NCBI GenBank assembly: GCA_035470745.1
Contig: DATIQO010000090.1
Coordinates: 1 to 60,983, forward strand
Length of the DNA: 60,983 bases
DNA from: Sphingomicrobium sp.
GTDB taxonomy: Bacteria > Pseudomonadota > Alphaproteobacteria > Sphingomonadales > Sphingomonadaceae
Direction: 5' to 3'
Under the pieces are notes generated by a model. It was not told where the DNA came from and searched no databases. It saw only the letters and a program-made list of their open reading frames with translations. The stretch's first letter is position 1. Each line of letters begins with the position of its first letter. The translations under genes and the position numbers were made by a program. Of the stretch, positions 33,553 to 43,327 are shown one piece after another.

Positions 33553-33927
33553 ATGAAAATCACGGGCGGTTGTCATTGCGGCGCGGTGCGCTTCGAGGCG
33601 GAGGTTCAGGAGGCGCCCGTGCCGGCGCTTAGTTGCAATTGCTCGATGTGCCGGATGACGGGTTTCCTGCACATTGTCGTGCCGCACGCGCAGTTCGAGC
33701 TGATCACCGGCCGCGAGGATCTTAGCAGCTATCGCTTCGGAACGGGCGCAGCCGAGCACCTGTTCTGCGGACGATGCGGTACCAAGAGCTTCTATCAGCC
33801 GCGTTCCCATCCTGGCGCATGGAGCGTCAACGCCAACTGCCTCGATGAGCCGGTCGAACTCTCGATCGAGCAGTTCGACGGACGGAACTGGGAGCAAGCC
33901 AAAGCGAACCTCGACGGGCGAGAATAG
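33553..33927 (+). CDS. GFA family Zn protein
   Basis: GGCHCGAVRF, CNCSMC, FCGRCG. Confidence 0.9.
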   Translation: MKITGGCHCGAVRFEAEVQEAPVPALSCNCSMCRMTGFLHIVVPHAQFELITGREDLSSYRFGTGAAEHLFCGRCGTKSFYQPRSHPGAWSVNANCLDEPVELSIEQFDGRNWEQAKANLDGRE

Positions 33928-33945
33928 CGCCGTTACGGCGACGCG

Positions 33946-34974
33946 ATGCACCATCCGCTGCGCCTGACCATCGACCGCTCGGCCATCCAGGCGAACTGGC
34001 GCTGGTTGCAGGACCAAGCCGATGTTGCCGCGGGCGCCGCGGTGAAGGCGAACGGCTATGGGCTTGGCGCAAGCGAAGTCACCCTGGCGCTGATCGAGGC
34101 TGGTTGCCGGGACTTCTTCGTTTCCACCTGGGCGGAAGCCGCTGTTCTCGCCGGGATCGTCCAGGGCGTGAGCCTCGTTGTCCTCCATGGCATCGGTCCT
34201 GACGACGTCGAGGCGGCACTCGCACTTGCGGCGCGGCCGTGCCTCAACACGGCCGAACAGGTCGTACGGTGGAAGGAGCTTGCGCCCGGGCGGCCGTGCG
34301 ACGTGATGGTGGACACCGGCATGAACCGGCTCGGCCTCAGGCCGACCGAGATCGCCGTGCTCGAGGGGTTATCGATCGACACGCTGCACAGCCATCTTGC
34401 CTGCGCGGACGAAGACAGCTCGATGAACCAAATGCAGCTCGAGCGCTTCCGTGCGGTTGCTTCAGCCGTTGCGGCCCGGCGCTACAGCATTGCCAACAGC
34501 GCCGGGATTTGCCTTGGCCGCGACTTTAGCTTCGACCTCGTTCGACCCGGGATATCGCTCTACGGCGGAATCCAGCGCTCGGAGGCTCAGGGGCGCATCC
34601 GGCAGGTTGCTCGTGTCGAAGCGCAGATCGTCCAGCGGCGCACTATTCCTGCCGGCGAGAGCTGCGGCTACGGCGCCACGTTCATTGCCGAGCGCGACCT
34701 CGAGGCGGCGATCCTCAACATCGGCTATGGCGACGGCTATCTTCGAGGTTTTTCCTCGCGCGGGTCGGCATTCGCGGGAGAGTTTGCGCTGCCGGTCATT
34801 GGGCGCGTGTCGATGGACCTTATCGCGATCGACTGCAGCGCCGCAGCACGGCTCAAGGAAGGCGATTGGGTCGAGATCGACTACGACCTGGCTTCGGCGT
34901 CGCGGCAGTCCGGCCTTTCTCAGTACGAGCTTTTGACGACCCTTGGCTCTCGCTTCGAGCGCCGCTGGCCTTGA
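33946..34974 (+). CDS. alr: alanine racemase
   Basis: AVKANGYGLG, DTGMNRLG, SHLACAD, RPGISLYG, GRVSMD. Confidence 0.93.
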   Translation: MHHPLRLTIDRSAIQANWRWLQDQADVAAGAAVKANGYGLGASEVTLALIEAGCRDFFVSTWAEAAVLAGIVQGVSLVVLHGIGPDDVEAALALAARPCLNTAEQVVRWKELAPGRPCDVMVDTGMNRLGLRPTEIAVLEGLSIDTLHSHLACADEDSSMNQMQLERFRAVASAVAARRYSIANSAGICLGRDFSFDLVRPGISLYGGIQRSEAQGRIRQVARVEAQIVQRRTIPAGESCGYGATFIAERDLEAAILNIGYGDGYLRGFSSRGSAFAGEFALPVIGRVSMDLIAIDCSAAARLKEGDWVEIDYDLASASRQSGLSQYELLTTLGSRFERRWP

Positions 34975-35620
34975 CGCGCTCCTCGGGCGGAGGGCTCTTG
35001 GGCTTGTAGCGGCAAAGATCGCTTACCAGGCAGCGCCAGCATTCGGGCAACCTTGCCTTGCAGGTGTAGCGGCCCTGCAGGATCAGCCAGTGATGGGCGT
35101 CGCGGCGAAACGGCTGCGGGACGATCTTTTCGAGCTTTCCTTCGACCTCGTCAGGAGTCTTGCCGGGCGCGAGGCCAGTTCGATTGCAGACCCGGAACAC
35201 ATGGGTGTCGACCGCGAAGGTTTCTTCGCCAAAGGCGGTGTTGAGCACGACGTTGGCAGTCTTGCGGCCGACGCCCGGGAGCGCCTGCAGTTCTTCGCGC
35301 GTCCTTGGGACTTCGCCTCCGTAATCGGCGATTAGCGCCTCGCTGAGCGCGATGACATTCTTCGCCTTGGTGTTGAACAGACCGATCGTCTTGATCGCTT
35401 CCCGCAGCCGCTCCTCGCCCAACTCGACCATCTGCCGAGGGGTCTTGATGTGTTCGAACAGCGGCCTCGTTGCGATATTCACGCCAGCGTCGGTCGTCTG
35501 GGCTGAAAGCACGACCGCGACCAGGAGCGTGTAGGGGTTGGTATATTCGAGCTCGGTCGTTGGCGAAGGGTTCGCCTCGGCAAGGCGGCGGAAGAATTCA
35601 AAAACTTCGTCGCGCTTCAC
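34853..35620 (-). CDS. nth: endonuclease III
   Basis: LSAQTTD, LPGVGRKTANVVL, VDTHV, C-x6-C-x2-C-x5-C Fe-S motif. Confidence 0.96.
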   Translation of the reverse strand: MKRDEVFEFFRRLAEANPSPTTELEYTNPYTLLVAVVLSAQTTDAGVNIATRPLFEHIKTPRQMVELGEERLREAIKTIGLFNTKAKNVIALSEALIADYGGEVPRTREELQALPGVGRKTANVVLNTAFGEETFAVDTHVFRVCNRTGLAPGKTPDEVEGKLEKIVPQPFRRDAHHWLILQGRYTCKARLPECWRCLVSDLCRYKPKSPPPEERVKASGARSESQGSSKARTEKGRTAATPKPGRSRSRPNRLP

Positions 35621-36690
35621 TTGAGCTCGTCCATCCCTTCACCGAGGCGCTTCAGGGCCTCTTCGAAATCGCTTTTTGAAAGTCCAAAGCCGACGCGGAA
35701 ATGCTCCGGCATCTCGAACCAGTGCCCGGCAACGACCGCCGTCTCGTGGTTCTGGCGAAGGCAGGCGTCGAGCCGCTCGGTATCGCCCCCGCGCCATTTT
35801 GGAAATGCCGTGATGCCGTGTTCGGCGGGCATGCAGTCGAGATCCGAGCGCGCGTTGACGAAGGCGTTCCAACGCTCGCGATTGTGGGCAAGCATTGCTG
35901 GATTGTTGCCAATGACGGCGTCGATATTCTCAAGTGCAATGCAGGCGAGGCGCTCGCTTGGGTGCGCCTGGTTGACGCCGAACAGGTCGTTGAGCCGCCA
36001 CATGCGTTCGGCAAGTTCGGGCTCCGCGAGAACCCATCCGCAGCGAAGGCCGCTCAGGCCATAAACCTTCGTCAGGCTGTTGGTGCAGACGAATTCGGGG
36101 CCGAGATGCACCGCGCTCCGTCTCGGCGGGACGGCGGAATCGAGATAGACCTCATCGACGAGCACGCGCGCGCCAGCCGAGCCGGCCAGCGCTGCGACCA
36201 TGCGCAGCTCATCCTCGCCCGCAAGTGCACTGCTGGGATTGTGGAGGTTGGTGATGACGATGAGGCGCGTGCGGTCGGACATTGCTTGCCGGACGATGGC
36301 AGGATCGAGCCGGAACGCATCCTCGGGCTTGCGCTCGAAACGCTTGATCGAGGCGCCGAGGAAAGATGCCGCTCCAAGCAAAGGCTCGTAAGCTGGGCTC
36401 TCGACGAGCAGCTCGTCGCCCGGCGAGATCAGCGTCGCCATCGCGAGGAAGTTCGCCATCGACGTACCGTCGGCGGTGACGACCTGGTCGGCAGCAACAC
36501 CATAGCGGGCCGCGATCAGCTTCCGCAGAGGCGCATATCGGGGGTGGCTTGCTCCATCGAGATCGAGGTCCGCAATCGCAATCGGCAGCGCATCCATCCG
36601 AAAATGTGGGACTTCGCTCCCCGTCAGCGGATATCGAACCGGCGGCTTGAACTTCGCCCAGTGCATATATTGCGAGTGCATGAGTCTCAT
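35617..36690 (-). CDS. PLP-dependent class I/II aminotransferase
   Basis: TNLHNPS, VDEVY, SLTKVYGLSGLRCGW. Confidence 0.88.
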   Translation of the reverse strand: MRLMHSQYMHWAKFKPPVRYPLTGSEVPHFRMDALPIAIADLDLDGASHPRYAPLRKLIAARYGVAADQVVTADGTSMANFLAMATLISPGDELLVESPAYEPLLGAASFLGASIKRFERKPEDAFRLDPAIVRQAMSDRTRLIVITNLHNPSSALAGEDELRMVAALAGSAGARVLVDEVYLDSAVPPRRSAVHLGPEFVCTNSLTKVYGLSGLRCGWVLAEPELAERMWRLNDLFGVNQAHPSERLACIALENIDAVIGNNPAMLAHNRERWNAFVNARSDLDCMPAEHGITAFPKWRGGDTERLDACLRQNHETAVVAGHWFEMPEHFRVGFGLSKSDFEEALKRLGEGMDELK

Positions 36691-38021
36691 TGAGGCGTCT
36701 GGCGCTTCTTGCGCTGCCAGTAGAGACAGGCGGGCACGCCGGCCAGCAGGATCGCATAGCCGATGAGGCTGTTCATGCTGTTGTTGAAGACGGTCGCCGC
36801 GACGATCGCCCAGCACGCGAGGACGAAGAAACCGGTTGTGAAGGGGTGTCCCGGCACTTTGAAGAATATGTCCTGATCGGGATCGCGGCGGCGGAACACG
36901 AACAGCGCCAATCCGGTCAGCCCGAAGAAGATGAAATCGACCGAGACCACGTAGTTGAGGATCTGCCCGAATGTTCCCGAGACGGCGATGACCGCCGCTG
37001 CCAGTCCCTGCAGAACGATGGCAACGACAGGAACGCGCGTCCGCGCGCTGATGCGTGCGACGCTTCGAAAGAAAAGCCCGTCCTCGGCCATGGCGAAATA
37101 GACGCGGGGCGCCGTGAGCATTCCCTGGCTGAGAAAGCCGAGCGTGGAAATCGTGACCGCGATCGCAACGAACGCCGCGCCCTTCTCTCCCAGTGCAAGT
37201 CGCATGACGTCGGTCGCCGGTGTCTTCGAATTCGCAAGGCCCGTTGGTCCAAGGGCGTGAACGCAGACGAAGGCGACGGCCGTGTAGAGAAGAACCACGC
37301 CCGCAACGCCGAGCAGGAGACCGCGGGCAAGGTCGCGCTGCGGGTCGCGCATCTCGCCGGCAACGAAGCTCGATGTCTGCCAGCCGCCATAAGAGAACAT
37401 GACAGGGGTCATTGCGGCCCCGATCGCTGCTGCTCCGGAAAGCGAAATGGCGCCCTCCGGCCGGGCCGCGCCCGCTGTTGCCGGGGCAAGCAACAATCCG
37501 GCGGCGACCAGCGCGCCGATCGCCAGGATCTTGAGCAGCATCAAGCCGCTCTGGACATTGCTCCCGGACTTGACGCCAAGGCAGTTGATCAGCGTGAGAA
37601 GCGCAAGCACGGCTACGGCGATGATGCTTTCCGGCAGCGCGAGATGAACAAGGTCCGCGAAATAGCGTGCGAAGGTGATCGCAACCGCGGCCATTCCTCC
37701 CGACTGGATGACGAGCAGCAGCGCCCAGCCATAAAGAAAGGCCGGCATCGGCCCGTAAGCATCCCGCAGATAAGCATATTGGCCGCCGACCGCTGGTCGG
37801 CGCGCGGCAAGCTCGGCGTAGATGAAGGATGCGGCAAGCGCGACCAGTCCTCCCGCGATCCACACCCCGACGATGAGGAAAGGGGTTCCGACGTGGCGCG
37901 CGACCTCGGCCGGGGTGACGAAGATCCCCGAGCCAATGATGCCGCCCATGACGAGCATGGTCGCGTCGAACATGCCGAGGCGACGGGCAAGGCCCGGCGA
38001 ACCGGACGCTGGCGTCCTCAC
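36687..38021 (-). CDS. APC family amino acid permease
   Basis: GGIIGSGIF, GGQYAYL, FSYGGW; about 12 TM. Confidence 0.9.
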   Translation of the reverse strand: MRTPASGSPGLARRLGMFDATMLVMGGIIGSGIFVTPAEVARHVGTPFLIVGVWIAGGLVALAASFIYAELAARRPAVGGQYAYLRDAYGPMPAFLYGWALLLVIQSGGMAAVAITFARYFADLVHLALPESIIAVAVLALLTLINCLGVKSGSNVQSGLMLLKILAIGALVAAGLLLAPATAGAARPEGAISLSGAAAIGAAMTPVMFSYGGWQTSSFVAGEMRDPQRDLARGLLLGVAGVVLLYTAVAFVCVHALGPTGLANSKTPATDVMRLALGEKGAAFVAIAVTISTLGFLSQGMLTAPRVYFAMAEDGLFFRSVARISARTRVPVVAIVLQGLAAAVIAVSGTFGQILNYVVSVDFIFFGLTGLALFVFRRRDPDQDIFFKVPGHPFTTGFFVLACWAIVAATVFNNSMNSLIGYAILLAGVPACLYWQRKKRQTPQ

Positions 38022-38728
38022 AAGGCGCCGATGACGTCGCGCATGGAATAGAGGCCGGCGGGCTTGCCGACGAGAAAGCGCGCCGCGGCAAGAGCTCCGC
38101 GTGCAAAGATCATCCGGTTTTCGGCACGGTGGGACAGGATCAGTCGCTCGTCCTCGCCCAGGAACATCACGTCATGGTCGCCCGCAACCGTCCCGCCGCG
38201 CAGCGAACTGAAGCCGATGGCGCCGACCGCGCGGCTGAGCCCGGTTCCGGCGCGGCCCGCTTCCGCCCTTAACGGCGCACCACGGCCGCGCGCCGCGGCC
38301 TCCGCGAGCGTCAGCGCCGTACCTGATGGCGCGTCGGCTTTGTGTCGGTGATGGGTCTCGGCGATTTCGATGTCCCAATTGGCGCCAAGGACGTGAGCGG
38401 CCCGCTCGACGAGCTCGCCCAGCAAAGCGACGCCAAGCGATGTATTGGACGCGCGGAGGACCGCGATTTCCTGGGCCGCCGCGAGGATCCGCCGATCGGC
38501 GTCGTCGGCAAGTCCAGTCGTTCCGACGAGAATTGGTATTCCTGCGGAAATGGCGCGGTCGAGGCTCGCCTGAAGCGCGGAAGGCGCGGAGAAGTCGACC
38601 AGTACGTCGCCATGATCATTGTCGATCGTGAACGAGGGATCATGGCCAACCGCGACGGTGATCGCCTGGCCCATCCGGCCGGCCGGCGCGAAAAGGCTGA
38701 TACGGAGCGGCTGGTCGGCGGTGCGCAT
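38018..38728 (-). CDS. dapB: 4-hydroxy-tetrahydrodipicolinate reductase
   Basis: GRMG, VDFS, GTTG, ETHHRHKADAPSGTA. Confidence 0.93.
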   Translation of the reverse strand: MRTADQPLRISLFAPAGRMGQAITVAVGHDPSFTIDNDHGDVLVDFSAPSALQASLDRAISAGIPILVGTTGLADDADRRILAAAQEIAVLRASNTSLGVALLGELVERAAHVLGANWDIEIAETHHRHKADAPSGTALTLAEAAARGRGAPLRAEAGRAGTGLSRAVGAIGFSSLRGGTVAGDHDVMFLGEDERLILSHRAENRMIFARGALAAARFLVGKPAGLYSMRDVIGAL

Positions 38729-38786
38729 GGCCGGCAGTTGTGGCGAAAGCTGGAGCACCGCGCAACGGCGGTGCTCCAGCATGGGC

Positions 38787-39227
38787 TCAGTGCGACCAGA
38801 CCATTTCCTGGAGAAGCATGTCCGAACCGAGGTGGCGATAGGTCGCCCGCTGTCCGCTTCCAGCCATCGACTGGCGCGTCGTTTGCTGGAGGAAGGCATT
38901 CGCTTCCTTCTCGCGCTGAATGTCTTCAGCCGGCGTCGTCACATGGTCGAAGATCGTGACAAGATAGAGGTCGGGTTCGCCCTGCCGCTTGTTGACGTTT
39001 GCAAGGATATAATAGCCCTTGATCCAGCCTTTCGATTTCCGGAACTCCATGTTCTTGCGATACTGGCTCGCAAGAAAGTCGGCATAGTCCCCGAAATGGC
39101 CGTCATCGATCGTGACCGATCCGACGTCCCAGAAGTCCCCGGTCTTGACCGGCAGCTCCTGGGCTGCAGCGGGCATGGAACAAAGCAATGTTCCCGCGGC
39201 AAGTGCAGTCAGTATCAATTTTCGCAT
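38787..39227 (-). CDS. secreted hypothetical protein
   Basis: GGGAG RBS; signal peptide MRKLILTALAAG...AAA. Confidence 0.75.
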   Translation of the reverse strand: MRKLILTALAAGTLLCSMPAAAQELPVKTGDFWDVGSVTIDDGHFGDYADFLASQYRKNMEFRKSKGWIKGYYILANVNKRQGEPDLYLVTIFDHVTTPAEDIQREKEANAFLQQTTRQSMAGSGQRATYRHLGSDMLLQEMVWSH

Positions 39228-39365
39228 GTTTAATTCTCCCCCGTTTGCAGGAGCCCAAGGGTTCGCCGCTTCAATAGGGAACGGCGTAGCCACACGGCAG
39301 GAGACGCCGGCACAGGCGGCGTCGTTCCAACGAGTGTTTAAGCACTTCGATATGGTTAACGCAAT

Positions 39366-40115
39366 TTAAATGCCGAGCTTGCGTTGCAGCGCCACTGCGG
39401 CGGCCGGCGCTCGTTCCTTCGCGCCGTTGATCATGAATATGTAGGCATCGCGCCCGTCGGCGCGCCACTGGCGTGCCTTGGCCGCGAACCGCGCCAGCGC
39501 GGCCTCATCGTAACCGGTCGGCAGGCTGCTTTGCATGCGCTGCAACCGGGCATAGGCAAAGCTTGCCGTGTCCATGTCGATGGTCGGGAACTCGTCGTCG
39601 TCGCCGAAGACGACCGCCACATTGTGCTCACGGCAAAGAGTGAGAAATCTGTCGTCCCGGAAGCTCTCGTGGCGCGGCTCGATGACGTGCCGAAGCGTAA
39701 TGCCGTCGAGCTGATCGGGGAGCAGCTTCAGGAATGCGGCGATGTCGTCTTCGTCGAATTGCCGCCGCGCAGCGAACATCCACAGGATCGGCCCGAGCTT
39801 CTCCTTGAGGACCGCCATTCCTTGCGCAAGGTAGGTAGCCAGTCCCTCCTCGGCATCGGCAAGCCTTGGCCGCGTGACGACGTAGCGTGAACCCTTGATG
39901 GCGAACTGGAAGTCGTCGGGAACCTGTCTTGCCCAGGAAGCCCAGCTCGCGGGGCTTTGCCGGCCATAGAAAGTGGCGTTGATCTCGATCGCGCCGAATG
40001 TCCGTGCGGCATATTCAAGCTCCTGCCGTTGCGGCAGGCCGTCCGGATAGAAGGAGCCGCGCCAAGGTGGAAATGTCCAGCCTCCGATGCCGATGCGGAT
40101 TTTTGCTTCGCTCAT
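39366..40115 (-). CDS. DUF72 family protein
   Basis: IGIGGWTFPPWRGSFYP, EINATFY, YARL. Confidence 0.88.
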   Translation of the reverse strand: MSEAKIRIGIGGWTFPPWRGSFYPDGLPQRQELEYAARTFGAIEINATFYGRQSPASWASWARQVPDDFQFAIKGSRYVVTRPRLADAEEGLATYLAQGMAVLKEKLGPILWMFAARRQFDEDDIAAFLKLLPDQLDGITLRHVIEPRHESFRDDRFLTLCREHNVAVVFGDDDEFPTIDMDTASFAYARLQRMQSSLPTGYDEAALARFAAKARQWRADGRDAYIFMINGAKERAPAAAVALQRKLGI

Positions 40116-40140
40116 GTCCGGCCATGCCTATGCTGGCGCC

Positions 40141-40845
40141 ATGGATGTTCGCAACATTGTCATTCTCACCGGTGCCGGCGTTTCTGCGGAGAGCGGGCTC
40201 GCGACCTTTCGCGGACCGGATGGGCTGTGGGAAGGCCACCGCGTCGAGGATGTCGCTACTCCCGAAGCCTTCGCGCGCGACCCGGCGCTCGTCCATGGCT
40301 TTTACAATGCCCGGCGCGCCGATCTTCAAACCGCGGCGCCAAATGCTGCTCACGAGGCGCTCGCGCGCCTCGATGCGGCCTGGCCCGGCGACTTTCTGCT
40401 GGTCACGCAAAACGTCGACAACCTTCACGAGCGCGCAGGCTCGAAGCGCCTGATCCACATGCACGGCGAGCTGATGAAAGGCTGGTGCCTGAGCTGCGGC
40501 GATCGATTCAACTGGGTGAGCCCCATGACCATGGCTTCGGCCTGCCCGGCGTGCGGGATGGAAGGCGAGGTCAGGCCGGACATCGTCTGGTTCGGCGAAA
40601 TGCCCTACGAGATCGAGCGTATCGACGAGGCGCTGCGCCGCTGCGATCTGTTCGTTTCGATCGGCACCTCGGGCGAGGTCTATCCCGCGGCCGGCTTTGT
40701 CCAGACGGCAGGCTATGCCGGTGCGCGGACGCTCGAGCTCAACCTCGAGCCGAGCCTTGGAAGCTATTTCTTCAACGAGAGCCGGACGGGACCCGCCGGC
40801 CAGCTGGTGCCACAATGGGTCGACGAACTGCTGGCAGCTTTCTAG
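40141..40845 (+). CDS. cobB: NAD-dependent protein deacylase (sirtuin)
   Basis: GAGVSAESGLATFRG, TQNVDNLHERAG, two CxxC, RPDIVWFGE; YNAR (YxxR) suggests desuccinylase ability. Confidence 0.92.
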   Translation: MDVRNIVILTGAGVSAESGLATFRGPDGLWEGHRVEDVATPEAFARDPALVHGFYNARRADLQTAAPNAAHEALARLDAAWPGDFLLVTQNVDNLHERAGSKRLIHMHGELMKGWCLSCGDRFNWVSPMTMASACPACGMEGEVRPDIVWFGEMPYEIERIDEALRRCDLFVSIGTSGEVYPAAGFVQTAGYAGARTLELNLEPSLGSYFFNESRTGPAGQLVPQWVDELLAAF

Positions 40846-41741
40846 TCAGCCCACTCGAGGCCGATATCCCGGTAAAGCGATCGGTCCTCGCCCCATTTCG
40901 GTTCGACCTTGACGTGGAGGAAGAGGTGGACCGGCCTACCGAGGTGGTGGCTGATCTCGGCGCGCGCGGCAGCGCCGATGGCCTTGAGCCTGCGGCCGCC
41001 TTTGCCGATGACGATCGCCTTCTGGCTGTCGCGCTCGACGAGGATCTGCTGGTGGATCACGGTCGATCCATCGCCGCGATCTTCCCAGGTTTCAGTCTCG
41101 ATCGCGGTTGCGTAGGGCATTTCCTGGTAGAGCTGGTTGACGACCTGCTCGCGCGTCAATTCGGCAGCGATCATGCGATCGGTCGCGTCTGAAACCTCGT
41201 CCTCCGGGTAGAGCCACGGGCCCTTCGGCATCGCGCCGGCAAGCGCCTGCTTGAGATCGTCAACGCCATCGCCTTGTGCGGCGCTGATCATGAAGACCTT
41301 TTGCGGATCAAGACGAGCCGTCACGTCGGCCGCAAGGCCAAGAAGCCTGCTCTTGTTCACGAGATCGATCTTGTTGAGCGCGATGAAGAGCGGCCGGTGG
41401 CGCTCAGCAAGCGGGCGAATGATCCGCTCTACCTCGGCGTTGAGGCCGCAACTGGCGTCGATCACCAGGAGAATGAGGTCGGCGTCCTGGGCTCCGGTCC
41501 AGGCGGCGGCAACCATCGCCCGATCGAGCCGCCGCCGCGGCTCGAAAATCCCGGGCGTATCGACGAGGAGAATCTGCGCTCTTTCCGCAACCGCGATGCC
41601 CATCAGGCGCGCGCGCGTCGTCTGCGCCTTCGGGCTGACGATCGCGACCTTTTGTCCGACCAGGGCATTCACCAGCGTCGACTTTCCCGCATTGGGAGCA
41701 CCGATCACTGCGACGAAGCCGGCGCGCGTTTCGTCGTTCAT
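40842..41741 (-). CDS. era: GTPase Era
   Basis: GAPNAGKST, QTTR, DTPG, NKID, VIGKGG KH domain. Confidence 0.97.
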   Translation of the reverse strand: MNDETRAGFVAVIGAPNAGKSTLVNALVGQKVAIVSPKAQTTRARLMGIAVAERAQILLVDTPGIFEPRRRLDRAMVAAAWTGAQDADLILLVIDASCGLNAEVERIIRPLAERHRPLFIALNKIDLVNKSRLLGLAADVTARLDPQKVFMISAAQGDGVDDLKQALAGAMPKGPWLYPEDEVSDATDRMIAAELTREQVVNQLYQEMPYATAIETETWEDRGDGSTVIHQQILVERDSQKAIVIGKGGRRLKAIGAAARAEISHHLGRPVHLFLHVKVEPKWGEDRSLYRDIGLEWAD

Positions 41742-42406
41742 TGTTGCACCTTGTTCAACAGCGCCTCGGCGGCCTCGGTTTCCGCCTCCTGCTTGCTCGC
41801 GCCTTCGGCGGTCGCTTCGCCAATTCCCGGCACGGTGACGCGGATCGTGAACCTTGGAGCATGATGCGCACCCGTGCGCCCGATCACTTCGTAAAGCGGC
41901 GGTTTGCATTCGCGCGCCGCGGCAAGCTCCTGGAGGGCCGACTTTGGATGTTTGGGCGCCTTGCGTTGCTCGGCCAGCAGGGGTTCCCAGATCCGCGCAA
42001 CGAATTGTTGCGCCGCGTCGACCCCGCCATCGATGAGCAGTGCCCCGATCAGCGCTTCGACCACGTCGCCGACGACATTCTCGCTCTGGCTCGCGCCATC
42101 CTCGCGCGCCTGCTTGCCGAGCCGGACGAGCGAGGGAACACCGAGCTCGCGGCCGATCTCGGCACAGGTCTCGCGCGCGACAAGCACGTTGTAGCGGCGC
42201 GAGAGATAACCTTCGGGCTCCTGCGGATGACGGTCATAGAGCGCGCGCGCGATGGCATGGCCAAGGACGCGGTCGCCGAGGAATTCGAGCCGCTCATAAT
42301 TATTGCTTGCCGCACTGGCGTGGGTGAGCGCCAGCTCGAACAGACGGATGTCATTCGGCTCATGCCCGAGCTTCTCGCGCACGAACTTTGCAACATCCCC
42401 TTTCAT
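41738..42406 (-). CDS. rnc: ribonuclease III
   Basis: ERLEFLGD, dsRBD KSALQE. Confidence 0.97.
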   Translation of the reverse strand: MKGDVAKFVREKLGHEPNDIRLFELALTHASAASNNYERLEFLGDRVLGHAIARALYDRHPQEPEGYLSRRYNVLVARETCAEIGRELGVPSLVRLGKQAREDGASQSENVVGDVVEALIGALLIDGGVDAAQQFVARIWEPLLAEQRKAPKHPKSALQELAAARECKPPLYEVIGRTGAHHAPRFTIRVTVPGIGEATAEGASKQEAETEAAEALLNKVQQ

Positions 42407-43248
42407 TCAGAATCTCCAGTGTAGCTGTTCCCGATACGGCCGGCACGCAGGGCCGTGAACCATGTCCATGGCTTCAGATAGGAGGCATTGCCATCAGTCG
42501 ACCAGAAGGTCACGAGCGCGCGTCCGATCAGATCGTCAACCGGAACCATGCCTATGCCGCCTTCAAAGGTTGGAAAACGGCTGTCGAGGCTGTCATCGCG
42601 ATTGTCTCCCATAAGGAACAGGTGACCAGGTGGAACGCGGACGGGGGCGAAATCGTCGGCGGGTCCGTGCTCGACCTGGTCGAGCACGGTATAGGTGGGG
42701 CCGGCGGGCAGGGTTTCGAGATAGGCGTGATAAGCGCAGCTAGGCTTGCCGGCGCGCAGCGATAACGCGGGCAGCGCCGGCGGAACGGCCTTGCACGGAC
42801 TGTTTGGACTGACTGGCATCTCGAACGCCGGCAGCTGGCGCCGGGGCACCGGTCGACCATTGAGGATCAGCTGACCGTTGGACAGCGCAACGGTGTCGCC
42901 GGGAATGGCGATCACGCGCTTGACGAGGTCGGCCTTCTCCGCGGGGACACGAAAGACCACGACGTCCCCCCTCGCGGGCAGGCGCGTCAGGACGCGCCCG
43001 CCGAATGAAGGGAAGCCGAGCGGGAAGCTGAAGCGCGAATAGCCGTAGCTCCACTTGGCGACGAGGAGATAGTCGCCGATGTAAAGCGTCGGGAGCATCG
43101 AGCCCGACGGGATATTGAACGGCTGGACGACGAGGCTGCGAAGCGCCCAGGTGAAGATGACCAGCAGGATGAAGAAGCGTGCGAGGCTCCAGGCGCTCTC
43201 CGGTTTTTCGTCACTTGCCGAGCGGCGGCGGGAAGAGCGGAGGGCCAT
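42403..43248 (-). CDS. lepB: signal peptidase I
   Basis: IPSGSMLPTL, VKRVI, MGDNRDDSLDSR. Confidence 0.96.
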   Translation of the reverse strand: MALRSSRRRSASDEKPESAWSLARFFILLVIFTWALRSLVVQPFNIPSGSMLPTLYIGDYLLVAKWSYGYSRFSFPLGFPSFGGRVLTRLPARGDVVVFRVPAEKADLVKRVIAIPGDTVALSNGQLILNGRPVPRRQLPAFEMPVSPNSPCKAVPPALPALSLRAGKPSCAYHAYLETLPAGPTYTVLDQVEHGPADDFAPVRVPPGHLFLMGDNRDDSLDSRFPTFEGGIGMVPVDDLIGRALVTFWSTDGNASYLKPWTWFTALRAGRIGNSYTGDSE

Positions 43249-43327
43249 CCGGTCCGCTGTTTGGCGAGGAGGAGCCCAAGGTCAAGCCGGGGTGGCATTT
43301 GCCGGGGTTGCCACTATGTGCGCGGCC

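Noticed and set aside
36691..38106. N-terminal ~470 aa of the 829-aa ORF 35617..38106
   Set aside because: Arg/Pro-rich off-frame shadow of the permease; the aminotransferase most likely starts at 36690
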